From an uncultured Candidatus Peribacteria bacterium (GTDB lineage Bacteria > Patescibacteriota > Gracilibacteria > Peribacterales > Peribacteraceae), in NCBI GenBank assembly GCA_964466635.1, contig CAYXNG010000002.1, positions 1,832 through 65,831 of the forward strand: 64,000 nucleotides of DNA, in the 5' to 3' direction. Shown here one piece after another: positions 28,730-36,980 of this stretch. Made by a program: the position numbers and the translations under genes. The notes beneath the pieces were generated by a model, which was not told the DNA's origin, searched no databases, and worked only from the letters and a program-made list of their open reading frames with translations. How positions within the stretch are numbered: the stretch's first letter is position 1; the number at the start of each line of letters is the position of its first letter.

Positions 28730-29368
28730 TCACGACGCTGCGGCGGCCATCGCAACCGACAGTTCATCCGGACCGAAGGACAGGTACTGGAAGAGTTCGC
28801 GCTCGAGGGTTTTCTCCTCTTGCAGCTTCTGCTCCCACCAGCCCTCGCCCTTGTCGATCCACTTGTGCTTGTAGGCCTCACGGAGATACGCGAGCCGCTC
28901 ATCGAACGAGGTGATCTGATCGAATTGCACGCGCCAGTCGGCGTAGTGCAGGATCTTCAGTTCGATGCAGTCGGTCAGGTACGTCGGGTTTCCCGTCGAG
29001 CCGATCTTCGAGACGAAGACGGCGAATTCGGGGAATTCATCACGGAACATCTCGGCGGCCACCAGCGTCTCGTGCATGCCGGTGAACCGCGTGCGGAGTT
29101 GCTTCCACACCTCAATCTCGCGTTCGCTTGGGGTGTAACCCCATTCGGGACGCGCTTCGAGCGTGGGAAGCGATGCGGTCTTGAACGCGTCATGGAGACG
29201 GCAGCCGATGGTGACGAGTTCGATGTCCACCTCAGCTCCCCCCTCGCGCATCTTCTGCGCAAGGAACGTTCCGACCTCTGCGACTTTGGCGCAGTGCCTA
29301 CGGATCGGCTCCGGAACCGCATAGCGGTCCAGGAGATCGTCGCAGTACTGCTCTGAAGGAATCTTCAT
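28730..29368 (-). CDS. HD-domain metal-dependent phosphohydrolase
   Basis: IGCRLHDAFK (HD dyad) and LHYADWRV. Start chosen at MKIPSEQ (29368), which has GAGG upstream. Confidence 0.75.
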   Translation of the reverse strand: MKIPSEQYCDDLLDRYAVPEPIRRHCAKVAEVGTFLAQKMREGGAEVDIELVTIGCRLHDAFKTASLPTLEARPEWGYTPSEREIEVWKQLRTRFTGMHETLVAAEMFRDEFPEFAVFVSKIGSTGNPTYLTDCIELKILHYADWRVQFDQITSFDERLAYLREAYKHKWIDKGEGWWEQKLQEEKTLERELFQYLSFGPDELSVAMAAAAS

Positions 29369-29477
29369 GGCTGACCTCACTTTCTGGTTAGGGTACGGGT
29401 TGCGATGCTTGAAAAGAACGCCAGCTCTACTTCCCCAGCATCATGCTGAGGAATGTGCAGTCTACATACCTAAATTA

Positions 29478-29491
29478 TATATTGCAATATA
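29478..29491. promoter_or_regulatory. Perfect 14-bp palindrome TATATTGCAATATA in the divergent intergenic region
   Basis: Self-complementary 14-mer between the HD gene (minus) and the sulfotransferase-like gene (plus). Confidence 0.3.
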
Positions 29492-29534
29492 AATACTATA
29501 TGTCTAATATTGGGAGGTTCCTACTATTCTTGCA

Positions 29535-30362
29535 ATGAATCAGTCATCAAATGAATTGAATAAAGATTTGCGAACTTTGATTTGTTGCGGTCGCAGCGGG
29601 TCTACAGCTCTGCTGCACTGTCTTTCGCAAAGCGACAGCGTGGATGCACGTTATCAGCTTATTAAGACAAGCGTCAGGGATGCAGTACGCTCACAAGCAA
29701 TACCGCCCGCAGAAAGTGACACTGGTGACTACGCAGAAGACTATTCCATTTATTATGGACAGAGCGATCCTAGTAAAACAGTGGTTCTTAAAGAAACCAT
29801 CGGTTCATATAACATTCCAGAATGTGACTATTCTGTTTTTCCCAAGTCAGAAAAAGATCAAGCGATTCGCGCTACCCGTCCCGTGTTTCTTGTACGGGAT
29901 CCTCTGGAAGTAATGGACGCAAAAAAACGGAGAGGCTGGAAATCTACTTTGGAGAATTCTGTGAGGGCTTATGGAAATGTTTTCAAGGAATACCAACATG
30001 CCAAATCTGTAGCTCCGGAAAGCGTATTGAGCTGTACGTATCAACACTTAATGAGCGATCCAGAAAAAACTATTCGCAGAGTTTGCGATCATTGGGGAGT
30101 TAGATATGAAGATGTTATGTTGAAATGGCGATATCCATTCCCATCTGCAATTAAAGGCGGCAAGGATTTTTATGAATTGGGAGCCACCGGCGCATTTGAT
30201 GGAATTGCAAAAAGTGAAACACTAAAAGCGAAAGAGTACCAAGGCTTAACGCTAGACGTTGCCTCGATACTACGAATGACGAGAGGCGATCTCAATAGGG
30301 TTTACGACTATTATGAAAAAATGAAAGTGGATGCAGATCGAGATTTCGGCGAAACTGTCTAA
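29535..30362 (+). CDS. Sulfotransferase-fold (Stf0-like) protein
   Basis: P-loop-like 5'-phosphosulfate-binding motif LICCGRSGSTALL and 3'-phosphate-binding-like VFLVRDPLEV. Confidence 0.6.
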   Translation: MNQSSNELNKDLRTLICCGRSGSTALLHCLSQSDSVDARYQLIKTSVRDAVRSQAIPPAESDTGDYAEDYSIYYGQSDPSKTVVLKETIGSYNIPECDYSVFPKSEKDQAIRATRPVFLVRDPLEVMDAKKRRGWKSTLENSVRAYGNVFKEYQHAKSVAPESVLSCTYQHLMSDPEKTIRRVCDHWGVRYEDVMLKWRYPFPSAIKGGKDFYELGATGAFDGIAKSETLKAKEYQGLTLDVASILRMTRGDLNRVYDYYEKMKVDADRDFGETV

Positions 30363-30460
30363 TGCATGTGTGTGCATTCCCTCCTTCCAGAAGAACTAAT
30401 TATGAAGAATCGATAAAGCAAAGCCTAAGTTTGAAATACTGCTTAATCGACCTAGCGTAC

Positions 30461-30489
30461 AAAATGGCTCGACGTGGTTCAGGCGGTTC
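30461..30489 (+). repeat. 29-bp exact direct repeat, copy 2
   Basis: Identical to 22907-22935. In this copy aatggctc pairs with the downstream gagccatt to form a hairpin. Confidence 0.95.
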
Positions 30490-30615
30490 AGAGCCATTAT
30501 GATTTGATGTCGCAGTTGTATACATAGCTTCTAAGCGCTCAAATTGCCTTTTAAGATAAATATTTGGTTCTATACTTCAGTTCATGTCAGTTTTTAAATT
30601 TAAAGCTCAAATTGC

Positions 30616-33045
30616 ATGGTAAATGTGATTCAGCTGACTGCTGGCTCTATAGCATCACGTCCATGGAAGAAGAGGCCAGGCTTTGATCGTAACCGTGTTG
30701 TAGAGCCAGGGGACTATGGTTTTCAAGCCGGCAATTTAAATGCTTGTTTTAGCAGATTTAAAAATCAAAGCGAATTGGTAAGGGAAGGAATTAATCGTTA
30801 TTTGGAAATTCAACTATTCCCTGAACCTCAAGAACTTAAGGAAGATTATTTCAGGTATCTGGGTGAGCAGTATGCTTTGACCCTTAAGAAAATTGAGAGT
30901 GCCGGGATGCATTCAAGGGCACATTTTCAAATTGAAAATCTAGACTTGCTTCTCAGAAATCTAGAGCAAGTAATACGCGAATTTGAGGGTTATTCTCAGG
31001 AGCAAATTGCTGCTACAGATTTCACAGCAGGCCGTATTAAATTATGGCGCTACTTTCAGCTAAGCACGAGTCAGACAAAAAATCGTGTAGAACCTGTTGA
31101 AGATTTTGATGCACTCAGGTTGAAAGTGGATTTTATAGAAAGCGCCCCAGACTTTAGTAGTGTTGTTTCAGCTGCGGCTATCTCCTCAGGCATTGATGCG
31201 ACTCTTTATCCAAACGGCATCATTAGCATAAAACAAATACGAGAGAATGGGGCACGTAGAGTAGCCGATTTTGCTGAACGCCTTTCACAATATGACAAAA
31301 TACATTTCATAAAATTGGATGATTTTGTTTCAACAATTGAATCTCCTCTTCAGGGTGGGCGATTGGAAGAACGAGAATATGTAATACAGAGAATTGCCCC
31401 AGACGCTCCTGTGGTTGCTGTTATAGATACTGGTGTGCAGAGTCACATTTTGACAAATAGCTTCCTGACAGATGATGGATTGGATTATAGATCGGGTGTT
31501 AGCGATCCCAGAATTGCTGCCCCTTTTGTAGATAACGTTGGCCATGGAACTGCTGTCGCAGCAGAAATTGCTTATGGCAAAAGTATTGAAGAATATCTAA
31601 TTGCCAAGAATGAGGAATATCTCATTCCACTGGTAAAAATTTTTCCAGTGCGGATAGCTGATACAACAAAGAATTTTACTGTGCCTTACGATAAGATTTT
31701 CGACATTAATGGACACTTTGCAGAAGCTGTAAGACGTTACAATATCAAGCTTGTAAATATTAGTTTCGCAAGCACTCAACAAAAATCATTTGAAGAAGAA
31801 AAAATCTCTGAGGCTGCAAACTTAATGGATAGATTTGCCAAGGAACTAGGTGTTACATTTATAGTTTGCGTTGGAAATATTGATTTTGGGAAGCTCGAAA
31901 GTTTAATAGCAGCAGATAGTAGTTTTCTGTTTTTTCAGAGACCCAATGGCTATGGGGAGCCAACTGCTAATCCTCTTTTTAAATGCATAAATATAGGTGC
32001 GCCTTCTGATTTACTCTCAGGAGTGGTGGTTGGCAGTTGTTATCCGCAAAAGTCTAAGTTTGTTGTATCCACATTCAATCGATCTTATTCATTTGATAGT
32101 GTTCGTAATGGGTATTCAAAGCCAGATGTGTTGGCAATTGGCGGAGGGGATGCACCAGTTGATTTAGAATCTTTGCCAGCGCGTGTCTGCAACTCCAGTC
32201 AACGGGTAAGTGTTTTATCGCAGCACGAATCTTTTTTAGCACAGCAAATTGGTACAAGTTTTTCAACTCCAAGGGTTACCAGAGCACTCGCCATCGCTAT
32301 AATCAAATATCCTGACATCTCTCCCGAAACTTTGAAGTGTCTTTTTCTTCATAAAGCCAGCAACTACATGGCTCCAGATAAAAAATATGGCATGAATTTT
32401 GGAACAGTAAATTTACAAAGACGCTCAATAGAATTTGCAGATATTTATAAAGGATTTGGCAGCTTGACCGAGGTTAATGAGTCTGATTTTTTTGAAGATT
32501 CTGAGGATGAAATTTCTTTCATCATCGAGGGCGCTGTACCAGCTGAAAAGATGATCTCTTATCGAGTACCTTTGGCTGCAATGTTAGGTGACGGCACAAC
32601 GGCCAGAACCAACAAAATGGAACTTAAGCTTTCAATTTGTACACTTCCCCGGAGTACTAGAACTGGTGAGGTATCTTTAAAATCAGCAAATCCCTTTCAT
32701 GTGGCAGCATTCATGCACGTTAATAGTTTGGTTCCTACTCGCACAATGATTTTTGCGGGTAGGCAATATCGCGATCAGTGCATACGTAGCAATACTCCAG
32801 GTATAATACTTGGTTGGACCAGTGATTATCAGGTGCGCCATTTTCCAACATTTTCTATACAATCGAAAATGTATAGGAAGGATAAGTTGGCAGCACTGTT
32901 AGGAAGTGGAGATTCGGCGACAATTACCGTAAGAGGTCTTTCAGAATCTGCTGCGCAGACTACCGCTAAGTTTGCGATAGTCTTTTCAGTCAAAGACCTT
33001 GGTGCAACAGGCGAAATTAGGAACCGTATCAGAATCAACGTATAA
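30616..33045 (+). CDS. S8 (subtilisin-like) serine peptidase with unknown N-terminal (~265 aa) and C-terminal (~220 aa) domains
   Basis: Catalytic triad motifs VVAVIDTGV (Asp), DNVGHGTAVAAEI (His), GTSFSTPRVTRALA (Ser), and oxyanion Asn in VCVGNID. No signal peptide. Confidence 0.9.
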   Translation: MVNVIQLTAGSIASRPWKKRPGFDRNRVVEPGDYGFQAGNLNACFSRFKNQSELVREGINRYLEIQLFPEPQELKEDYFRYLGEQYALTLKKIESAGMHSRAHFQIENLDLLLRNLEQVIREFEGYSQEQIAATDFTAGRIKLWRYFQLSTSQTKNRVEPVEDFDALRLKVDFIESAPDFSSVVSAAAISSGIDATLYPNGIISIKQIRENGARRVADFAERLSQYDKIHFIKLDDFVSTIESPLQGGRLEEREYVIQRIAPDAPVVAVIDTGVQSHILTNSFLTDDGLDYRSGVSDPRIAAPFVDNVGHGTAVAAEIAYGKSIEEYLIAKNEEYLIPLVKIFPVRIADTTKNFTVPYDKIFDINGHFAEAVRRYNIKLVNISFASTQQKSFEEEKISEAANLMDRFAKELGVTFIVCVGNIDFGKLESLIAADSSFLFFQRPNGYGEPTANPLFKCINIGAPSDLLSGVVVGSCYPQKSKFVVSTFNRSYSFDSVRNGYSKPDVLAIGGGDAPVDLESLPARVCNSSQRVSVLSQHESFLAQQIGTSFSTPRVTRALAIAIIKYPDISPETLKCLFLHKASNYMAPDKKYGMNFGTVNLQRRSIEFADIYKGFGSLTEVNESDFFEDSEDEISFIIEGAVPAEKMISYRVPLAAMLGDGTTARTNKMELKLSICTLPRSTRTGEVSLKSANPFHVAAFMHVNSLVPTRTMIFAGRQYRDQCIRSNTPGIILGWTSDYQVRHFPTFSIQSKMYRKDKLAALLGSGDSATITVRGLSESAAQTTAKFAIVFSVKDLGATGEIRNRIRINV

Positions 33046-33053
33046 TCTTCCCC

Positions 33054-33941
33054 ATGAAGGCAATGGTTCTACAGAAAAAATCATCATCCAATGGCAGCTA
33101 TTACGATAGTCTTCAATCATTGTTGGGTAATGAGAAGAAACTGGAAACATTTAAGTCGCAGGGAAAAGAGCAAGATTTGTTCGTTAGTGATAGAGCATAT
33201 GAAATAATTAATTCTAAGGTTAAATTCCAAGATGTCGTCCAAACACCTTCATTGAAAAGTGACTTCACAAATTTAATAAATGAATTTTTGCACAAGGAAA
33301 CTTTGAAAAGTTACGGAATAAATGCCGACAATAAAATTATCTTCTTCGGTCCATCTGGCTGTGGCAAAACGATGTCAGCAATGGCTCTTGCTAACAAGTT
33401 AAATAAAAAGCTTTTTCTCGTAAATTTAGCCACCATTGTAGACAGTAGCTTAGGTAAAACTAGTAGTAACGTTGCCGAAATAGTAGCGGAGGCTGCGTCT
33501 CAGAATGGTATTATTTTCTTTGATGAATTTGATGCTTTGGCCAAAATGAGAAGCGATGAGAATGACCACGGTGAGATGAAGAGAGTGGCTAGCTCGATTA
33601 TTCAGATTTTGGATTTCCTGAATGAAGATTCAGTATTCATTGCTGCAACTAATCATATTGATTTGATTGATAAGGCTATCTTACGAAGGTTTGGTAAAAA
33701 GATTTCATTTGATATGCCAACGCCTAAGTTGCTTGAAATCTATATTGAAAAAATCATCAAACCAACCAACTTGAAAATGTCAAAATCAGTCATGAAGGCC
33801 ATTGCAACTGAACTACAAGGCTTATCGTTTGCTGAGGCCAGAGATGCTTTCTTGGCGAAATTAAAAAGATACTTGATTGCTAAAAGTAAGAATAATAAGG
33901 CATCTCTAAAAAGTATTTCATCTGACATTTTGAAAGTCTGA
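33054..33941 (+). CDS. Classical AAA+ ATPase
   Basis: Walker A FFGPSGCGKT, Walker B IIFFDEFDAL, sensor-1 FIAATNH, Arg finger region KAILRRF. Starts 8 nt after the S8 gene stop. Confidence 0.9.
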   Translation: MKAMVLQKKSSSNGSYYDSLQSLLGNEKKLETFKSQGKEQDLFVSDRAYEIINSKVKFQDVVQTPSLKSDFTNLINEFLHKETLKSYGINADNKIIFFGPSGCGKTMSAMALANKLNKKLFLVNLATIVDSSLGKTSSNVAEIVAEAASQNGIIFFDEFDALAKMRSDENDHGEMKRVASSIIQILDFLNEDSVFIAATNHIDLIDKAILRRFGKKISFDMPTPKLLEIYIEKIIKPTNLKMSKSVMKAIATELQGLSFAEARDAFLAKLKRYLIAKSKNNKASLKSISSDILKV

Positions 33942-34183
33942 AGTCATGCACACAAAGTGCTAGATATTGTCTGAAAAACCAATTAGGAGTATTTTAGAAG
34001 TGCACCAGTAGATCTATCGGTATGGACGGCGCGTATTGCGCTGCCTTCAAGAGAGCCTCGAAAGGGGCGCTGACTCCGTCAGCTTTCTCTGAAGGTTCGT
34101 CCTGATGGGTCTGCTGGTGCGCGGAGCAACAGCGCCCCTTTAGTGCGTCTGGACTCCAGGAATTACTTCCTTCTCCAATTTCT

Positions 34184-34561
34184 ATGTCCAATTCAACAGT
34201 TGGTAAGTTGAAAAAATGCCCTCACTGCGCCGAGGAAATCCTCGCTGATGCGAAGAAATGTAAACACTGCGGAGAATTTCTCGACGGCAATTATCCCGCT
34301 GGCCATGGAAGAGGCCCTGTACGTTCATGGAGTCCCGGCGTGGCTGCCGTGCTTAGCGTCTTCGTTCCAGGGTTGGGGCAGATCTACAAAGGAGACATTG
34401 CTATTGGCATTGTAATCTTCATTGTCACCGCGATCGGCTATGTCGTTTTCATTCTTCCGGGCCTCCTCATTCACATTTACGCTGTCAGTACTGCTTACTC
34501 CAAGCCAGCTCCCGGTGACAGGAAGCCAACTCATCCAACTAGAGGGCTTACCTCTTCGTGA
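34184..34561 (+). CDS. Zinc-ribbon plus TM2-type small membrane protein
   Basis: KCPHCAEEILADAKKCKHCGEF followed by VAAVLSVFVPGLGQIYKGDIAIGIVIFIVTAIGYV. Confidence 0.65.
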   Translation: MSNSTVGKLKKCPHCAEEILADAKKCKHCGEFLDGNYPAGHGRGPVRSWSPGVAAVLSVFVPGLGQIYKGDIAIGIVIFIVTAIGYVVFILPGLLIHIYAVSTAYSKPAPGDRKPTHPTRGLTSS

Positions 34562-34808
34562 CATGGTAAGGTACTTCCGAGCTTCTTGAGAGAGGTACGA
34601 GCTACATTTATAGCTCCGACTAACTCCACCACATCCAAAACGCAAGAGCGCAAAGGGGACCCTAAGCATCTTGTTTTTGGCTTATGTATAACAAAACTAA
34701 AAAACCTGTTTCCGTAGGCTCTTGACAGAAGTTTTGCGACTGTAATCTAATGACCACACATCACCATTATTAATCTTCTAACCCAGCCAACTAGCTGGGC
34801 GTTTTGTC

Positions 34809-35024
34809 GTGCCCGCACATTCCTCAGTACCGGCTCCCGATAAAAAAGGCTGCATCAGCTTCAATCCTCTGTTACTGACGGATAAGGACGTACTGGAGTT
34901 CCAGCAGCTCTTCCAAAGGGAAACAGGAATCCTCATTAGCGAGGAAGAGGCACGCACATATGCGGAAAAACTTATACATATTGCAGAAATTTTTGTTTCT
35001 ATTTCCTCTAATAATCATGACTAG
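34809..35024 (+). CDS. Small hypothetical protein (non-ATG start)
   Basis: 71-codon ORF starting at GTG. Its stop overlaps the start of the next small ORF (ATGACTAG). Confidence 0.3.
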   Translation: MPAHSSVPAPDKKGCISFNPLLLTDKDVLEFQQLFQRETGILISEEEARTYAEKLIHIAEIFVSISSNNHD

Positions 35025-35232
35025 TATGGCGCAACCTTTTAACCAAGGACCAGAAATTCATTACTTCTCTAAAGTGATCGATCTTGCAAAGGATGATCGC
35101 AATACATGGTCATTCACACCGGACAACGAAATACCATCATTTGAAGTAGTGATGCGTATTCTCGAATGCGAGGCTGAACAGGCATGGGTTTGGATGGAGG
35201 AGCGGGGACTCAGGCATGAGTTGGAGGATTAA
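35017..35232 (+). CDS. Small hypothetical protein
   Basis: 71 aa from MTSMAQPF. Translationally coupled to the previous ORF and lies just upstream of the recombinase. Confidence 0.35.
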   Translation: MTSMAQPFNQGPEIHYFSKVIDLAKDDRNTWSFTPDNEIPSFEVVMRILECEAEQAWVWMEERGLRHELED

Positions 35233-35323
35233 CTTTTTTTGAAATAGACAGACCGTGCATCTGCTGCATTCTATGCATTTCACACATGTGTTTCTCAATA
35301 TCTTCCAGACCATTTTCTCCTCA

Positions 35324-35332
35324 TGTTAGAAT
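35324..35332 (+). promoter_or_regulatory. Possible extended -10 promoter (TGtTAGAAT) for the recombinase gene
   Basis: catgttagaatataag lies 29 nt upstream of the ATG at 35361. Confidence 0.35.
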
Positions 35333-35360
35333 ATAAGTTTTTCTCTTCCACAAGACTACA

Positions 35361-36980
35361 ATGAAGTATTTCCTCTACTGCCGAAAGTCATCTGATCGCG
35401 ATGATAAACAGGTGCTGAGCATTGAAGCTCAGCAGAGAAAGATGCTTGAAATAGCTGAGAAATTGCATCTTGAAATAGTTGCTGTTTTCCTTGAGCAGAA
35501 GTCTGCTTATAAAACAGGAAGACCGCAGTTCAATGAGATGATGGATAGACTTGAGAAAGGAGAGGCAGATGCCATTCTCACGTATCACCTCACGCGCCTA
35601 GCGCGTAATAGCTTTGATGGCGGAAGAATCGTCTATGCCTTGGACGATAAAGTCATCAAGGAAATTCGGACAGAGGACAGTGTTTTCACCAACATCTCTG
35701 ATGAAAAGTTCATCATGAATATTCACTTTGCGATGTCGAAGAAAAGCTCAGACGACACCAGTCAGTTTGTCCGGCGTGATATCGAAACCAAATTGAAGAA
35801 AGGAGAGTTTCCCGGAGTCGCACCACTTGGTTATCTAAATATCGATAAAAGAGGAACGATAGCCGGACGGCATTATTCGCAGGAGCGACAGAAGATGCTA
35901 TTTGATCTGAACCGACCGCTCAGGCGTGAGGAGATCGACCCGATTAACGGGCCAATTGTGAAGAAGATATTTGAAGAGGCAAGCAAGGGCGTGAAGTCGC
36001 TGAAAGCATTGCGTGAATTGAGTTGGGAACTGGGTCTACGTTCCAAGAACGGTAACAAGCTGCCTGAGGCGACGGTATATGCCATTCTCACCAATCCGTA
36101 CTACTACGGAGTGATCCGCATGAACGGAAAGATCTACGCAGAGAATATTCAGCATGAACCTCTCATTAGTAAACAACTTTTTGATCGAGTGTTACAGCTG
36201 TTACATCAACGTGGCAAAGGCGGAGGTGGCGCACAGCGTCATTTCTTCCCCTACACGGGTCTCTTCAAATGTGGCGAATGCGGCTGTGGTATTACGGCGG
36301 AAATACAAAAGGGACATATTTACTATCACTGCACTCACCGAAAGGGATACTGTAGCCAGCGAACGTGGATATCAGAAGAAAATATGGAGGAACAAATTCG
36401 AGGAGTAATCGACAGGCTTGTAATTCCTGCATCATTCGTAGAGTTTGCATTTAAGAAGCTCAAAGATTCGCACAAAATAGAGGCACAGGTGCAGAACACT
36501 GCGCGTGCGAATACAGAGAGAAGATATGGTCAGCTGAAAGCGAAGTTAGATGCCCTCTTGGAACTAAAGCTATCTCCCAATAATACGAAAGGGGAGCTGC
36601 TGAACGATCAGGAATACATGGACCGTAAGTCAACGATCCAGAATGAAATGCACGAACTGGAACAGCAACGGGAATCATTCAAGAAGCAAGCTGACACTTG
36701 GTTGCAAGACTGCGAGAACTTCATCTCCTTCACACAGGAGTTAGGGCAAAGATACGGCATGGTCAGTTTAGAACGTAAGAAGGAGTTGATGTTCCTGCTT
36801 TGTTCGAAAGGTACCGTAACCAACGGTTCTTTGGCTTTCTCTTACCGAGAGCCGTTCGCGACACTCGCTGAATTCCCCTTAGCCGGTAAAGGCCGGTTCG
36901 AACCGCCTTCGTCGCTTTCTGAAAAGAAGAAGTCCGATTTGTTTACAAAGTGGCTCCCCCGACTGGATTCGAACCAGTAA
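35361..36980 (+). CDS. Large serine recombinase (resolvase N-domain, recombinase domain, zinc ribbon, coiled coil)
   Basis: YCRKSSDRDDKQVLSIEAQ (catalytic Ser region), LTRLARNSFDG, CGECGCGITAE...YYHCTH zinc ribbon. The last 30 nt overlap tRNA-Asn on the opposite strand. Confidence 0.9.
   Translation: MKYFLYCRKSSDRDDKQVLSIEAQQRKMLEIAEKLHLEIVAVFLEQKSAYKTGRPQFNEMMDRLEKGEADAILTYHLTRLARNSFDGGRIVYALDDKVIKEIRTEDSVFTNISDEKFIMNIHFAMSKKSSDDTSQFVRRDIETKLKKGEFPGVAPLGYLNIDKRGTIAGRHYSQERQKMLFDLNRPLRREEIDPINGPIVKKIFEEASKGVKSLKALRELSWELGLRSKNGNKLPEATVYAILTNPYYYGVIRMNGKIYAENIQHEPLISKQLFDRVLQLLHQRGKGGGGAQRHFFPYTGLFKCGECGCGITAEIQKGHIYYHCTHRKGYCSQRTWISEENMEEQIRGVIDRLVIPASFVEFAFKKLKDSHKIEAQVQNTARANTERRYGQLKAKLDALLELKLSPNNTKGELLNDQEYMDRKSTIQNEMHELEQQRESFKKQADTWLQDCENFISFTQELGQRYGMVSLERKKELMFLLCSKGTVTNGSLAFSYREPFATLAEFPLAGKGRFEPPSSLSEKKKSDLFTKWLPRLDSNQ

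Larger units (their letters stand above)
22907..36950. mobile_element. Composite AT-richer genomic island adjoining the 3' end of tRNA-Asn, with a large serine recombinase at the tRNA-proximal end
   Basis: The composition shifts visibly right after the stop at 22896 and reverts after the tRNA at 36951. Recombinase at 35361-36980. 29-bp direct repeats at 22907 and 30461. Cargo is accessory-type genes. Confidence 0.6.

Noticed and set aside
28820-29356. 178-aa plus-strand ORF
   Set aside because: Antisense to the HD-domain gene, which carries the recognisable HD motifs.
34050-34150. SRP (4.5S) RNA or a tRNA fragment as the identity of the GC-rich hairpin
   Set aside because: I found no convincing GNRA-capped domain IV with conserved AGCA/GGAA loops on either strand, and no cloverleaf. 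The element is therefore left unassigned.
33994-34191. 65-aa minus-strand ORF
   Set aside because: It coincides with the structured GC-rich element, has an odd composition, and has no start context or homology cues.
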